From assembly GCA_965223795.1 (NCBI GenBank), contig CBDCXL010000002.1:832001-896000 (forward strand): DNA of 64,000 nucleotides, written 5' to 3'. Numbering within the stretch: position 1 is the stretch's first letter; the number at the start of each line of letters is the position of its first letter. Origin of the DNA: Nitrospinales bacterium (GTDB lineage Bacteria; Nitrospinota; Nitrospinia; Nitrospinales; VA-1). Shown here in pieces: positions 41,791 to 50,863 of the stretch. Below the pieces are notes generated by a model that did no database searches, had not been told where the DNA came from, and saw only the letters and a list, made by a program, of their open reading frames with translations. The position numbers were made by a program, and so were the translations under genes.

Positions 41791-43035
41791 GTGCATAGTT
41801 TTTTGCGCAACAACATCCTCATCCTCGTTCTTCTCAATTCCAGCAACATCTTCAATTATCTTTTTCAGCTCACCGTCGGCCGGTCTCTGAGCCCTGCGGA
41901 CTACGGCAGTTTCAACGCCCTGAACTCGCTCGCGGTGGTTCTGTCCGCGCCAGCTGCTGTGCTGCCGCTGTTGTTCTCACGCTACACCATCCAACTGGCC
42001 ATCAAAGACATGGGTCAGGTCAAGGGCCTGCTGGTCAAAGGCCTCCGCACGATGGTGCTCGTCGCAGCGGTTCTATTCCTGGCCGGTATCGCCGCCCTTC
42101 CCTGGCTCAAACAGTACCTGCACATGCAGGTGACCTTGCCGATCGTCATCATGCTGTCGCAGCTTGCTCTGTCCCTGCTGTTTCCCGTTCTTCTGGGCGT
42201 GATTCAGGGCCTGCAACGATTCATGGTTTTCGGGCTGGGAGCCAGCAGCATGCCGTTGTTCCGGCTTCTTGGCGGGCTGGCGATGGTGTCCCTTCTGGGA
42301 TGGGGTGTTTCGGGCGCGCTGTTGTCCGGTGTGCTCGGCGTGACGGTTGCGTTGTTTATTTTATCCTGGGCACTCAGGGAAGTTTTCAAGCAGGAGGTAC
42401 AGCCGTTGCCCGACCGGCTTTTCCCGGAGATGCGGCGTTACGCGCTGCCGGTTTTTTTGTCCACGACCATGGTCATGACGCTGGGCAATCTCGACATCGT
42501 TCTGGTGCGTCACTACGGCACCCCGGAAGAAGCCGGCCTGTATTCGATCGCCGCGATTCTTGGGCGGATCGCCTTGTATCTGCCGGGCGTTTTGATCACA
42601 GTATTGTTTCCCGAAGCAGCGCGCGCTCAGGACACGGGCAAAGAGGACCCGCGCATCCTCTGGTTCAGCATGGGCCTGACGGCGCTTCTGGGAGGCGGCT
42701 TCGCGCTGACCTGCGCATTGTGGCCTGAGTTCATCATCGGCACCCTGTTCGGAGAAAAGTATTTACCAGCAGCTGAGCTGCTCAAGACCATCAGTTTCGC
42801 CATGAGCCTGCTGGCGATCGCCAACGTGATCTTCACCTACTGCATGGCGCGCTCGGAATTCACTTACCTTTGGCCGCTGATCGGAGGCGTCGGGTTGATG
42901 CTGCTGCTGATCGCACTGCATCACGAAACCGCGATGGTCATTGCCCGCAACGTGCTGATCTCCATCGCCGCCATCCTGGCCGGCACCCTGGTCTGGTTTC
43001 TGCTGTCCACGCGTACATCCCCTGCGAGAAAATGA
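41791..43035 (+). CDS. Wzx-like oligosaccharide flippase
   Basis: NYLFQL..GRSLSPADYG, QGLQRF, NLDIVLVRH, AGLY, VLFP; about 12 TMs. Confidence 0.85.
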   Translation: MHSFLRNNILILVLLNSSNIFNYLFQLTVGRSLSPADYGSFNALNSLAVVLSAPAAVLPLLFSRYTIQLAIKDMGQVKGLLVKGLRTMVLVAAVLFLAGIAALPWLKQYLHMQVTLPIVIMLSQLALSLLFPVLLGVIQGLQRFMVFGLGASSMPLFRLLGGLAMVSLLGWGVSGALLSGVLGVTVALFILSWALREVFKQEVQPLPDRLFPEMRRYALPVFLSTTMVMTLGNLDIVLVRHYGTPEEAGLYSIAAILGRIALYLPGVLITVLFPEAARAQDTGKEDPRILWFSMGLTALLGGGFALTCALWPEFIIGTLFGEKYLPAAELLKTISFAMSLLAIANVIFTYCMARSEFTYLWPLIGGVGLMLLLIALHHETAMVIARNVLISIAAILAGTLVWFLLSTRTSPARK

Positions 43036-44252
43036 AAACGCTCTCGTCCCTGAGTTCTCAGGGGCTCGCCACCGTTTATGTCGCCGGGGCATCGCTTCTG
43101 CTCACGCTTTTTCTGGCGCGTCAGTTCGGTCCGGACACATTCGGCAGGTACAGCTATATCGTCACGGTCGCTTCCTTGTGGGCCATTTTACAGGATGGTG
43201 GTTTTCGCATTCTGTTGTTTCGCGAGGGCACGCAATCGTCTCAGCCGATCCCGAAAGAAAAGCAGTTTCCCATGGCGTTCGGGCATCTTGTGTGGGTGAC
43301 GCTGGCCGGATTGACGCTCACCTTCGTCTGGCCCATGCAGGATTCACGGGCTCTTTCGCTTGCCGTTGTGGCCTTCGGCCTGGGCACGCTCGGGAATTTC
43401 ATTTCCGGACATCTGAAGGGAGAGGGCCGCTTCCATCATGAGGCGGTCTGGAGGGTGCTGTACCGCTCCGGGTCGATCGCGGGCATTGTCTGCCTGCTGT
43501 CCGTTTTTTCAGCCGAACCGCACTGGGTTTTTCTGGGCTGGATCATGGGGTACGCGTTGTGTCTCTTGCTGCAACGCTATTATCCGCTCATGCACCTGCG
43601 CTGGGCCAAGCCGGAAATCCGGATTTACAAATCGATCGCCGCGCTTTTGGTCATCGACATCGCCACACTGATCTATTTTAAAATCGACATCGTGATGCTG
43701 CGGCACCTGATGGACGAGATGAATCCGGTCGGCTACTACGCCGCGGCGTCGCGCCTGCTGGAAGGCGTGTTGTTTCTTCTGTTTCCACTGGCAAATGTGT
43801 ATTTCCGCAACCTGCGTCTGATGGCGAACGAACCGGCGCGTTTTTTCACCCTGCTTTACAAATTGATATACGCCTCGGTGGCGACCGCAGCGGTCCTGGT
43901 CGTTCTGGGCCTGATTTATGGAGAACCGCTTTTCGTCCTCGGCTTCGGCGATCCTTTCCGCGAAGGGACCGGACTGCTGCACTGGCTGCTGTTTTCTCTA
44001 TTGTTCATGGTGCCCAACTTGATTTTAACTCAGGCGGCGCTGGCCATCGAAAAAGACACCCACTATGCTCTGGGAGCCGTCCTCGCCGCACTGATAAATG
44101 TGGCTCTCAACGTTTTTCTCATACCCCAATACGGCGCAAAGGGAGCGGCCGTGAGCACCCTGATCACGGAAGGGCTGCTCCTTTGCTACATTGCGGCGGG
44201 ACTTCATTCCTGGAGGGTCCGGCAAGCCCATGCAAACGGAGAATCGATTTAA
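43032..44252 (+). CDS. Second Wzx/MATE-like polysaccharide flippase
   Basis: LARQFGPDTFGRY, YFKIDIVML, VGYYAAASRL, NVFLIPQYGAKGAA; ATG overlaps the upstream TGA. Confidence 0.85.
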   Translation: MKTLSSLSSQGLATVYVAGASLLLTLFLARQFGPDTFGRYSYIVTVASLWAILQDGGFRILLFREGTQSSQPIPKEKQFPMAFGHLVWVTLAGLTLTFVWPMQDSRALSLAVVAFGLGTLGNFISGHLKGEGRFHHEAVWRVLYRSGSIAGIVCLLSVFSAEPHWVFLGWIMGYALCLLLQRYYPLMHLRWAKPEIRIYKSIAALLVIDIATLIYFKIDIVMLRHLMDEMNPVGYYAAASRLLEGVLFLLFPLANVYFRNLRLMANEPARFFTLLYKLIYASVATAAVLVVLGLIYGEPLFVLGFGDPFREGTGLLHWLLFSLLFMVPNLILTQAALAIEKDTHYALGAVLAALINVALNVFLIPQYGAKGAAVSTLITEGLLLCYIAAGLHSWRVRQAHANGESI

Positions 44253-45324
44253 CGCGCTGGTTCTGCACGATGCCTTCGCCTTCAAAGGCGGCGGCGAGCG
44301 CGTCGCCCTCACGCTTTGCGAAGGCCTCGGCTGCGATCTGGCGTTCGGCGAGCATCGGGCGGACAGCTTCGATGTTTCCTGCATTCCGGGAAAGTGTATC
44401 GATCTGAAAGCTGTTTCACGCATTCCGGTGTGGCGCACGCTCAAACGGTTCCGGGCGTTCGGCGCGAAAACAGGATTCCTGAAACAATACGACAACGTGA
44501 TTTACAGCGGCCAGAACGCACCGTTGGCGGTTTTCAACCACCGCTTGGGCAAAAACATCTATTACTGCCACACCCCGCCCCGCTCCCTGTACGATTTGAA
44601 AGAATACCGGCTGCGCGGTTTGTCCACAGGGAGCCGGTGCGTGCACAATGCGTACAACTATTTATTCCGCCCGGTCTATGAAGCTTCTCTGCGCCGGATG
44701 GACGTGATCGTGGCCAATTCCGAAACCGTAAAAAAAAGAATTCAGCGCTATCTGGGTCTGGCATCGCAGGTCGTGCATCCGCCTTGCGACACGCAACACT
44801 ATGCATGGCAGGGTCAGGGGGATTACTACCTGTCGACGGCAAGACTGGATCCGCTGAAGCGCGTGGACCGCATCGTGCAGGCGTTTCTTTCCATGCCGGA
44901 CAAACGGCTCATCGTCGCCTCCACCGGACCGCAAGCGGCGGATCTTAAAAAGCTGGCCGCGGACGCAGCCAACATCACGTTCACCGGTTCTGTGGATGAA
45001 GCGGAATGGTCGCGACTGATGGGCCGGGCGATCGCCACGATCTACGCTCCCAAGGAGGAAGATTTCGGCCTCTCGCCGGTGGAATCGATGGCGGCGGGAA
45101 AACCGGTTCTCGGTGTGGCGGAAGGGGGCTTGATGGAAACGGTAGTCCCGGACGAAACCGGGGTGCTCCTGCGGCCGGATCCCAGGCCGGAGGATATCGC
45201 GGATGCGGTTCGCAAAATGACGGCGCAACGCGCGCGCGCGATGCGCGCCACCTGTGAGGAGCGCGCGCAGCGATTCAGCAAGGAAGTCTTTCTGGAAAAA
45301 ATGACAGCGATTCTTGCGGCATGA
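44230..45324 (+). CDS. Glycosyltransferase family 4 (WbaZ-like)
   Basis: GGGERV, YYCHTPPR, ARLDPLKRVD, EEDFGLSPVESMAAGKPV. Confidence 0.9.
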   Translation: MQTENRFNALVLHDAFAFKGGGERVALTLCEGLGCDLAFGEHRADSFDVSCIPGKCIDLKAVSRIPVWRTLKRFRAFGAKTGFLKQYDNVIYSGQNAPLAVFNHRLGKNIYYCHTPPRSLYDLKEYRLRGLSTGSRCVHNAYNYLFRPVYEASLRRMDVIVANSETVKKRIQRYLGLASQVVHPPCDTQHYAWQGQGDYYLSTARLDPLKRVDRIVQAFLSMPDKRLIVASTGPQAADLKKLAADAANITFTGSVDEAEWSRLMGRAIATIYAPKEEDFGLSPVESMAAGKPVLGVAEGGLMETVVPDETGVLLRPDPRPEDIADAVRKMTAQRARAMRATCEERAQRFSKEVFLEKMTAILAA

Positions 45325-45366
45325 AACCGGCCCGGCGATCGCAATGCGTGCCGGAAGCGCGGTGCG

Positions 45367-45441
45367 CTACATTTTAAATATCATCAATAAAAATCCAAAA
45401 AAGATGCTGAGTGCCACCATCCAGGACATGATCTTGAGCAT
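45367..45441 (-). CDS. Putative 24-aa single-TM small protein MLKIMSWMVALSIFFGFLLMIFKM
   Basis: ATG...TAG, hydrophobic core, GGGTGG 9 nt upstream; below the ORF-track cutoff. Confidence 0.35.
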   Translation of the reverse strand: MLKIMSWMVALSIFFGFLLMIFKM

Positions 45442-45602
45442 GAATTCAACCCACCCGTATCGGCTTGCTGTGTGCGGGAAACCTGTTTTTAAAGAAACCG
45501 CATTATAGCAAAAACCGCTTTTGAACGCAGTCATCCCTGATAAATCGGGCTTGAATCTTGATTGCAGGTAGATGGAAGCTTGCGGGATTTTCGCAGAACG
45601 GT

Positions 45603-46223
45603 TTACGGGCGTGTGTCCGTCTCCAGGGATTGGAGGATGGCCTCGATGACCTTGCCGTACCGGGTTTCGGGAGGATTGCCGGATTGCCTGTCCTTCGCAT
45701 CGCGAAAATAATAACGGTGCCCGGAGACTTCGAGAATGTTCCCGTTGGCAAGCGGCAACAGGTAGTAATGCGCCTGATCGCCATAGGGACCGGGAAATCC
45801 CGGGAGCCGGTAGGCGGTGTGTCCACCCAGAGTGATGCGGTACGGTTCACGCAGAAACTGCCGGCCGGTGAATTCGGCCCGCGTTCCGGATAGAACGTCC
45901 AGCCACAGTGCGGGGATTTCTCCGCCGGGGATCGCATCGCGGGGGTGATTCAGCAGTTGTCCGGGCTCCACCAGCACGATGGAATTTTTAAACGGCGGAT
46001 CGAAACCGCGTTCGATCATTTCGGCAGGATAGGATTCCCGTTTGAAAGCACCCACCACAAACCGTGCGGGATACTGAAACCGGATTCCCAATTTTTTATC
46101 GCTGTGGGTCTTGAGTGTTTCCTGCGCGGCGGCCGGATGCGTCAATGCAGACAAGCCGCACAGGATTGCAAGAACGGCGAGCGCGAAGCTTGAACTAATT
46201 CTGGACATTCCAGAACGCATCAT
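45603..46223 (-). CDS. Hypothetical exported protein
   Basis: Signal peptide ending PAAAQ; ATG overlaps the stop of the GGDEF gene. Confidence 0.7.
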   Translation of the reverse strand: MMRSGMSRISSSFALAVLAILCGLSALTHPAAAQETLKTHSDKKLGIRFQYPARFVVGAFKRESYPAEMIERGFDPPFKNSIVLVEPGQLLNHPRDAIPGGEIPALWLDVLSGTRAEFTGRQFLREPYRITLGGHTAYRLPGFPGPYGDQAHYYLLPLANGNILEVSGHRYYFRDAKDRQSGNPPETRYGKVIEAILQSLETDTRP

Positions 46224-47203
46224 TGCATCGGGGAAGCCAGATCCGGTTTGGGTGTGGAGGTGTGGGAGACCACTTTTCCTTTGCCCTGATCCTTGGCCTT
46301 GTACAGGCAATCGTCCGCCCGCTTGATCAACGTGCTCAAATCCATTCCAACCTGATCGTACACGCAGACACCGAAGCTCATGCCGACCGTGATTCTTTCG
46401 GAACCGTACTGAAAAGGCTGGCTTGCGATTTTGTTTCTGATTTTTTCCGCGATCGTGTGCGTTCCCTGCAAATCGGTGTCGGGAAGCAGAACCATGAATT
46501 CGTCTCCGCCCCAGCGGGACACCAGGTCGGTGCGTCGGCAGCAGAATTTGAAGATCTTTGCGATCTGGATCAGGATCTTGTCACCGGCATCGTGCCCCAT
46601 GCGGTCGTTGATCCGCTTTAAGCTGTCCATGTCCGCCAGAATGATGCCGAAGGGTTTTTCGCTTCTCTTGTAGCGGAGTTTTTCAAACTCCAGCTTTTCG
46701 CTCATGCCGCGCCGGTTCGGGAGTTCGGTGAGCGGGTCGGTCTGTGCGATCCATTCGAATTTTTCCTTCAGTTCGCGCAGCTCCTTCACCTGCCGCTCCA
46801 GGCTTTCGCGCGTGACTTTCAGGACGCTTTCATCACGCTTGAACCCGTAGCATAAAATTGCCGTCACCCAGATCGCCATCACCGCCATGAAGCGGTGGAA
46901 CAGGCAGGTCAACAAATCTCCCACGACGGGCTGGTTTAGAAAACCCAGAATGGTGAGCAACGTGGCTCCGAGAGCGGCGATGGGTATGTAATGCCGGTGC
47001 GGAAGCCACAATCCCATCAACACCAGACCGATGTAGGGAACCGCGACCGCCACCTCGGAAGGCACGGTGAAATCCCTGGCAAGAATGACCGCCGCCCACA
47101 AAAGGGACACCAGAATGAGGCGTCCGTTGACGATTTTGCTGTTGGATTCCGGATCTTCATATGCGGGCGTCTGCGGCGAGAGCACCCCGTCTTGAATCGT
47201 CAT
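46220..47203 (-). CDS. Membrane-bound diguanylate cyclase (GGDEF)
   Basis: Four N-terminal TMs, coiled coil, TDPLTELPNRR, RRTD I-site five residues before GGDEF. Confidence 0.92.
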   Translation of the reverse strand: MTIQDGVLSPQTPAYEDPESNSKIVNGRLILVSLLWAAVILARDFTVPSEVAVAVPYIGLVLMGLWLPHRHYIPIAALGATLLTILGFLNQPVVGDLLTCLFHRFMAVMAIWVTAILCYGFKRDESVLKVTRESLERQVKELRELKEKFEWIAQTDPLTELPNRRGMSEKLEFEKLRYKRSEKPFGIILADMDSLKRINDRMGHDAGDKILIQIAKIFKFCCRRTDLVSRWGGDEFMVLLPDTDLQGTHTIAEKIRNKIASQPFQYGSERITVGMSFGVCVYDQVGMDLSTLIKRADDCLYKAKDQGKGKVVSHTSTPKPDLASPMQ

Positions 47204-48027
47204 CGTTTCTGCGTCTTTCGATCGTTGTTGAGTATTCGAATCCGGCCGTGGCCGGATGGTGGCAAAATAATGTCCCTCTCCTGAATGCGGCCTGCGAAAC
47301 GGTCCATATAGAGCCAAGAATGGACCGGAACGGCTCCCGATCAGGGTGATTTTGTCTGGCTGACAGATTTACCCTCAGAATACGGCCTGACCCAAATAAG
47401 TTCAATGAAAATAAATATTTACGATAAAAACGCGTTCCGATAACCGTTCCTTTTCCGGGCACTAATTCCGGTTTTTCAAGCTATTTTGCGGTGCCTTTTC
47501 CGGCCGGCTAAGACAGGAAAATTTTTCAACCCTGCCGAGAGTTTTCGCTTCGATTCCCGTTGCGGCTGAACCGGGCTGTCAGAAGACGCCAACCACGTTC
47601 CCGGGACGATCGACAGGGATCATTCACCGAGGCCGCTGCATGTGCTGGGGAATTTAAGTTCACGAAACCACCTGGCGTGTTGGAAGTTTTTACCAACATG
47701 CAACCGTCCATCCACCGGGCGCGGCGCTTTCCATAAAACTTCGGTGGTAAAGGTAAATCGCGAAGCGCAAAACTCGCTGGGAACAAAGAAATTCCGCCTG
47801 AGACTTAAGCCACATTAAATTTTTAAACGCGCGTCTTGGCTTCAAACGGACTGGCGAGTACAATTGAAGAACAGGAGATAAACCACCAAGGATACTTCCA
47901 CGGAATTGCACGCTGCTTGCAATGGGCCGCATCCTACGAGCTCCCCTCGATCGACCTGAGATTGAGTGATCATATACTGATATTTCCTTTTTCATTTTTC
48001 GCAACAACTCATACTCCGTATCTCTTC

Positions 48028-49065
48028 ATGAGCAAGTTACCGGCGATTCAGTTTTATCCGGGTGATTGGAGAAAAGATCCTGGTGTGCAGGCACTCGATT
48101 ACTATGAACGCGGTGTCTGGTTTGAAATTCTCTGCATCCTGTGGGAGTCCGAACAGCGCGGCAAGCTGCTCCTCAATGGAAAAAAAATGCCGATCGAGGG
48201 GCTGGCCCGTCTGCTGGGCCTGGAAACGGAAAAATGCAAACAGATCCTCACCAAACTGGTGGATTACGGGGTGGCCAAAATCGAGCCGGAAACCGGGATC
48301 ATCTACAACGCGCGCATGGTCCGCGACGAAGCGATCCGCAGGAAGAGAAAGGAAGCCGGCAAGAAAGGAGGCAATCCCAATTTGCTTAAGCAAAAATCAA
48401 CCAAAACGAACAGCGAACCCGCACAGATGGATTTGCTGGATCCAACCCCTACATCTTCACTTTCATCTTCATCTTCAACTTCAAACGAAGAGGAGGACAA
48501 ACCATTCGCAAAATTTTTCGCGCTCGCAAAAAAATCGCATGAAGCCATCCGCTCCTCCCCGCTGGTGATCGATTCGAAAAAAGACAAACAGCGCGTGCAG
48601 GAGTTGCTGGAGTCGGTCGGCGACTTCGAGCAGTTGATGCAGGCCTGGCTGCTGTTTCTGAAATCGAACGATCCCTACCTGATCCGCGGGAATAAACCGA
48701 GAAACATCGCGGTGTTCCGGGGACAGGTGAGCAATTATCTGGAACCGGCCGCGAAATCCCTGAAGGCCGGAAAGCCACCACCTGCAGACCCCGCGCTGGT
48801 GAAGCCGGACCTCGACAACTCCGAAGCCCGGCAATGGGGACGGGTGTTGAAAACCATCGAAACCGAAATCCTGCCGGAAAATTTTCACACCTGGATCGAT
48901 CCGTTGCGCTTCGGCGGCGTCCACAAGGACATCGCCGTGATCTACTGCCCCGGTAAATCGTTCGAAAAAACCGTGGAGGAAAATTTCTCGGAACTCATCG
49001 AGCAGCGGCTCTCAGCCGCGTTTGAAAAGCCGCTCAAGGTGCAGTTTCTCACCGACAGCGGATGA
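48028..49065 (+). CDS. Phage-type replication-initiator-like protein (YdaU/DUF1376-like N-terminus) with a C-terminal DnaA domain-I-like region
   Basis: LPAIQFYPGDWRKDPGVQAL...RGVWFEILC...IYNARMVRD...GKKGGNP; Ser-rich linker; C-terminal WGRVLKTIETEILPENFHTWIDPL...CPGKSFEKTVEENFSELI. Confidence 0.7.
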   Translation: MSKLPAIQFYPGDWRKDPGVQALDYYERGVWFEILCILWESEQRGKLLLNGKKMPIEGLARLLGLETEKCKQILTKLVDYGVAKIEPETGIIYNARMVRDEAIRRKRKEAGKKGGNPNLLKQKSTKTNSEPAQMDLLDPTPTSSLSSSSSTSNEEEDKPFAKFFALAKKSHEAIRSSPLVIDSKKDKQRVQELLESVGDFEQLMQAWLLFLKSNDPYLIRGNKPRNIAVFRGQVSNYLEPAAKSLKAGKPPPADPALVKPDLDNSEARQWGRVLKTIETEILPENFHTWIDPLRFGGVHKDIAVIYCPGKSFEKTVEENFSELIEQRLSAAFEKPLKVQFLTDSG

Positions 49066-49282
49066 CCGGACAAGCGTCGTCTTCGGAGATCCGCACTCCG
49101 GCTTCTTCGTGATCCCCGAACCTCTTCGGCGAGCCCATTCTCCACCTTGTCCTCATCCTCATCCCCCCACCGCGGCGGCCCACGCGGAAACGCCGTACTC
49201 CAGGGCCAGGGTAATCACAAGCACCCAGACCTTCACCGAAGGGAAAATGAACCGCAAGCGGATGCAATGGCACCTCAAACAT
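49062..49282 (-). pseudogene. Decayed DUF2231-like membrane protein gene
   Basis: Strong RBS AAGGAGG, MFEVPLHPLAVHFP, then a frame change to KVWVLVITLALEYGVSAWAAAVGDEDEDKVE and back to DHEEAG. Confidence 0.55.
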
Positions 49283-49622
49283 GATATCCTCCTTTGAAAC
49301 AATATTTTGCCCCGGTTTGACCGCAGGCCCAATGCGGCTCCATCCAGACTGAGAATGCGGATGGAACCGTGTGCCCGTCGATATTTCTTTATGGAACGAC
49401 CGCGGTGTCAAAAATCCGGCAAAGGCGCAAACCGGTAGGGAGTCCGCTTTTTTAAATTCAATTTTATTTACCGAAATTCATATTAATTTCCATGCGTGAA
49501 CAAACCCGTCCCAACCGTTGGGATGAAAAACCAAGAGGCATCCATTTTGCTTACTTTTCAGGAAGGGTTCTGCCAGGGACGATATTAATGATCACGCCGG
49601 ATTTGCCTCTCCGCGGTCCGAT

Positions 49623-50231
49623 TTGCCAGACATGAACGCGATCGCCTGTCACGACTGCGACCTTTTACAGAAAAGAGTGTCCCTGCGGTATGGCGAGGCC
49701 GCCCGCTGCATGCGCTGCGGCGCGGCGTTGTACCGGAACCTGCGGCACAGCCTCGACAAGACCCTGATGTTCACGCTGGCGGGTCTGATTTTTTTTGTGC
49801 TGGCCAATGCATTCCCTTTCATGACATTCGAAATGGAAGGGCGCACGCAGCAGAACACACTGATCTCGGGCGTGCGGGAACTGTTCGAACACGGCATGAT
49901 GGGGCTTTCGTTTCTGGTGCTCGGCACCAGCGTGCTCCTGCCGCTGCTCAAACTGACCGGCATGGCCTGGATCCTGCTTCCGCTTCGGCTCGGACGCAGG
50001 CCCTGGAAGCTTGCCGCCGTGTTTCGCCTGGTGCAGTCGCTGCATCCCTGGGCGATGATGGAGGTGTACATGCTGGGCGTGCTGGTGGCGTACGTCAAAC
50101 TGTCGGATCTCGCCACCATCATTCCCGGCATCGCGCTGTATTCGTTCGCAACGCTCATCTTGCTCACCGCGGCGGCGGACGCGACCTGGGAGCCGGACAG
50201 CGTGTGGGAACGGCTGGAAAAAATTCGATGA
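49623..50231 (+). CDS. pqiA: Paraquat-inducible protein A, first half
   Basis: CHDCD...CMRCG zinc ribbon, ANAFPF, PWAMMEVYMLGVLVAYVKL. Confidence 0.9.
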   Translation: MPDMNAIACHDCDLLQKRVSLRYGEAARCMRCGAALYRNLRHSLDKTLMFTLAGLIFFVLANAFPFMTFEMEGRTQQNTLISGVRELFEHGMMGLSFLVLGTSVLLPLLKLTGMAWILLPLRLGRRPWKLAAVFRLVQSLHPWAMMEVYMLGVLVAYVKLSDLATIIPGIALYSFATLILLTAAADATWEPDSVWERLEKIR

Positions 50232-50863
50232 GGATGCCGATGAAAACCGCGATCGCCGCCTCGCTCATCGGCTGCCCTGTGTGCGGCCAGCTGAGCCGCT
50301 CCAGCCGCAAAACGCGGGTAAAGGTGCTGTGCCCGCGCTGCGGCGCGGCGCTGCATGCGCGCAAACCGAACAGCGTCGCACGCACCTGGGCTCTGCTTGT
50401 CACGGCGCTGATCTTTTACATCCCGGCCAACACGCTGCCGGTGATGACGGTGATCTCGTTCGGCAAGGGCGAGCCGGACACGATTTTGAGCGGCGTGGTG
50501 ACGCTGATCGAGGGAGAGATGTGGGCGCTGGCGCTGCTGGTCTTTTTCGCCAGCTTCGTGGTGCCGCTGATGAAGATCCTGGGTCTCGCATTTCTGTTGA
50601 TCTCGGTGCAGCGGCGGTCCCGCTGGCGGCCGCGCGACCGCACCCGGCTGTACCGCATCGTGGATGCGGTGGGCCGCTGGTCGATGCTGGACGTGTTCAT
50701 GGTTTCCATTCTGATCGCGCTGGTCAAGCTGGGGTCGCTCGCGACGATCGATCCGGGCGCCGGAGCCACGTTTTTCGCGGGCGTCGTTGTGGTCACCATG
50801 ATCGCGGCCATGACGTTCGACCCGCGTCTGATCTGGGACTCTGCAAGCAAGGCGAAACGATGA
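50228..50863 (+). CDS. pqiA: Paraquat-inducible protein A, second half
   Basis: CPVCG...CPRCG, YIPANTLPVM, GRWSMLDVF, FDPRLIWD. Confidence 0.9.
   Translation: MRMPMKTAIAASLIGCPVCGQLSRSSRKTRVKVLCPRCGAALHARKPNSVARTWALLVTALIFYIPANTLPVMTVISFGKGEPDTILSGVVTLIEGEMWALALLVFFASFVVPLMKILGLAFLLISVQRRSRWRPRDRTRLYRIVDAVGRWSMLDVFMVSILIALVKLGSLATIDPGAGATFFAGVVVVTMIAAMTFDPRLIWDSASKAKR

Noticed and set aside
47836..48027. 64-codon N-terminal extension of the rep-like ORF from a TTG
   Set aside because: The recognisable domain begins at Met 48028; the extension looks non-coding.
49623..50863. Split pqiA as a pseudogene
   Set aside because: Both halves have their own zinc ribbon and a coupled start/stop; two-gene pqiA is a known arrangement.
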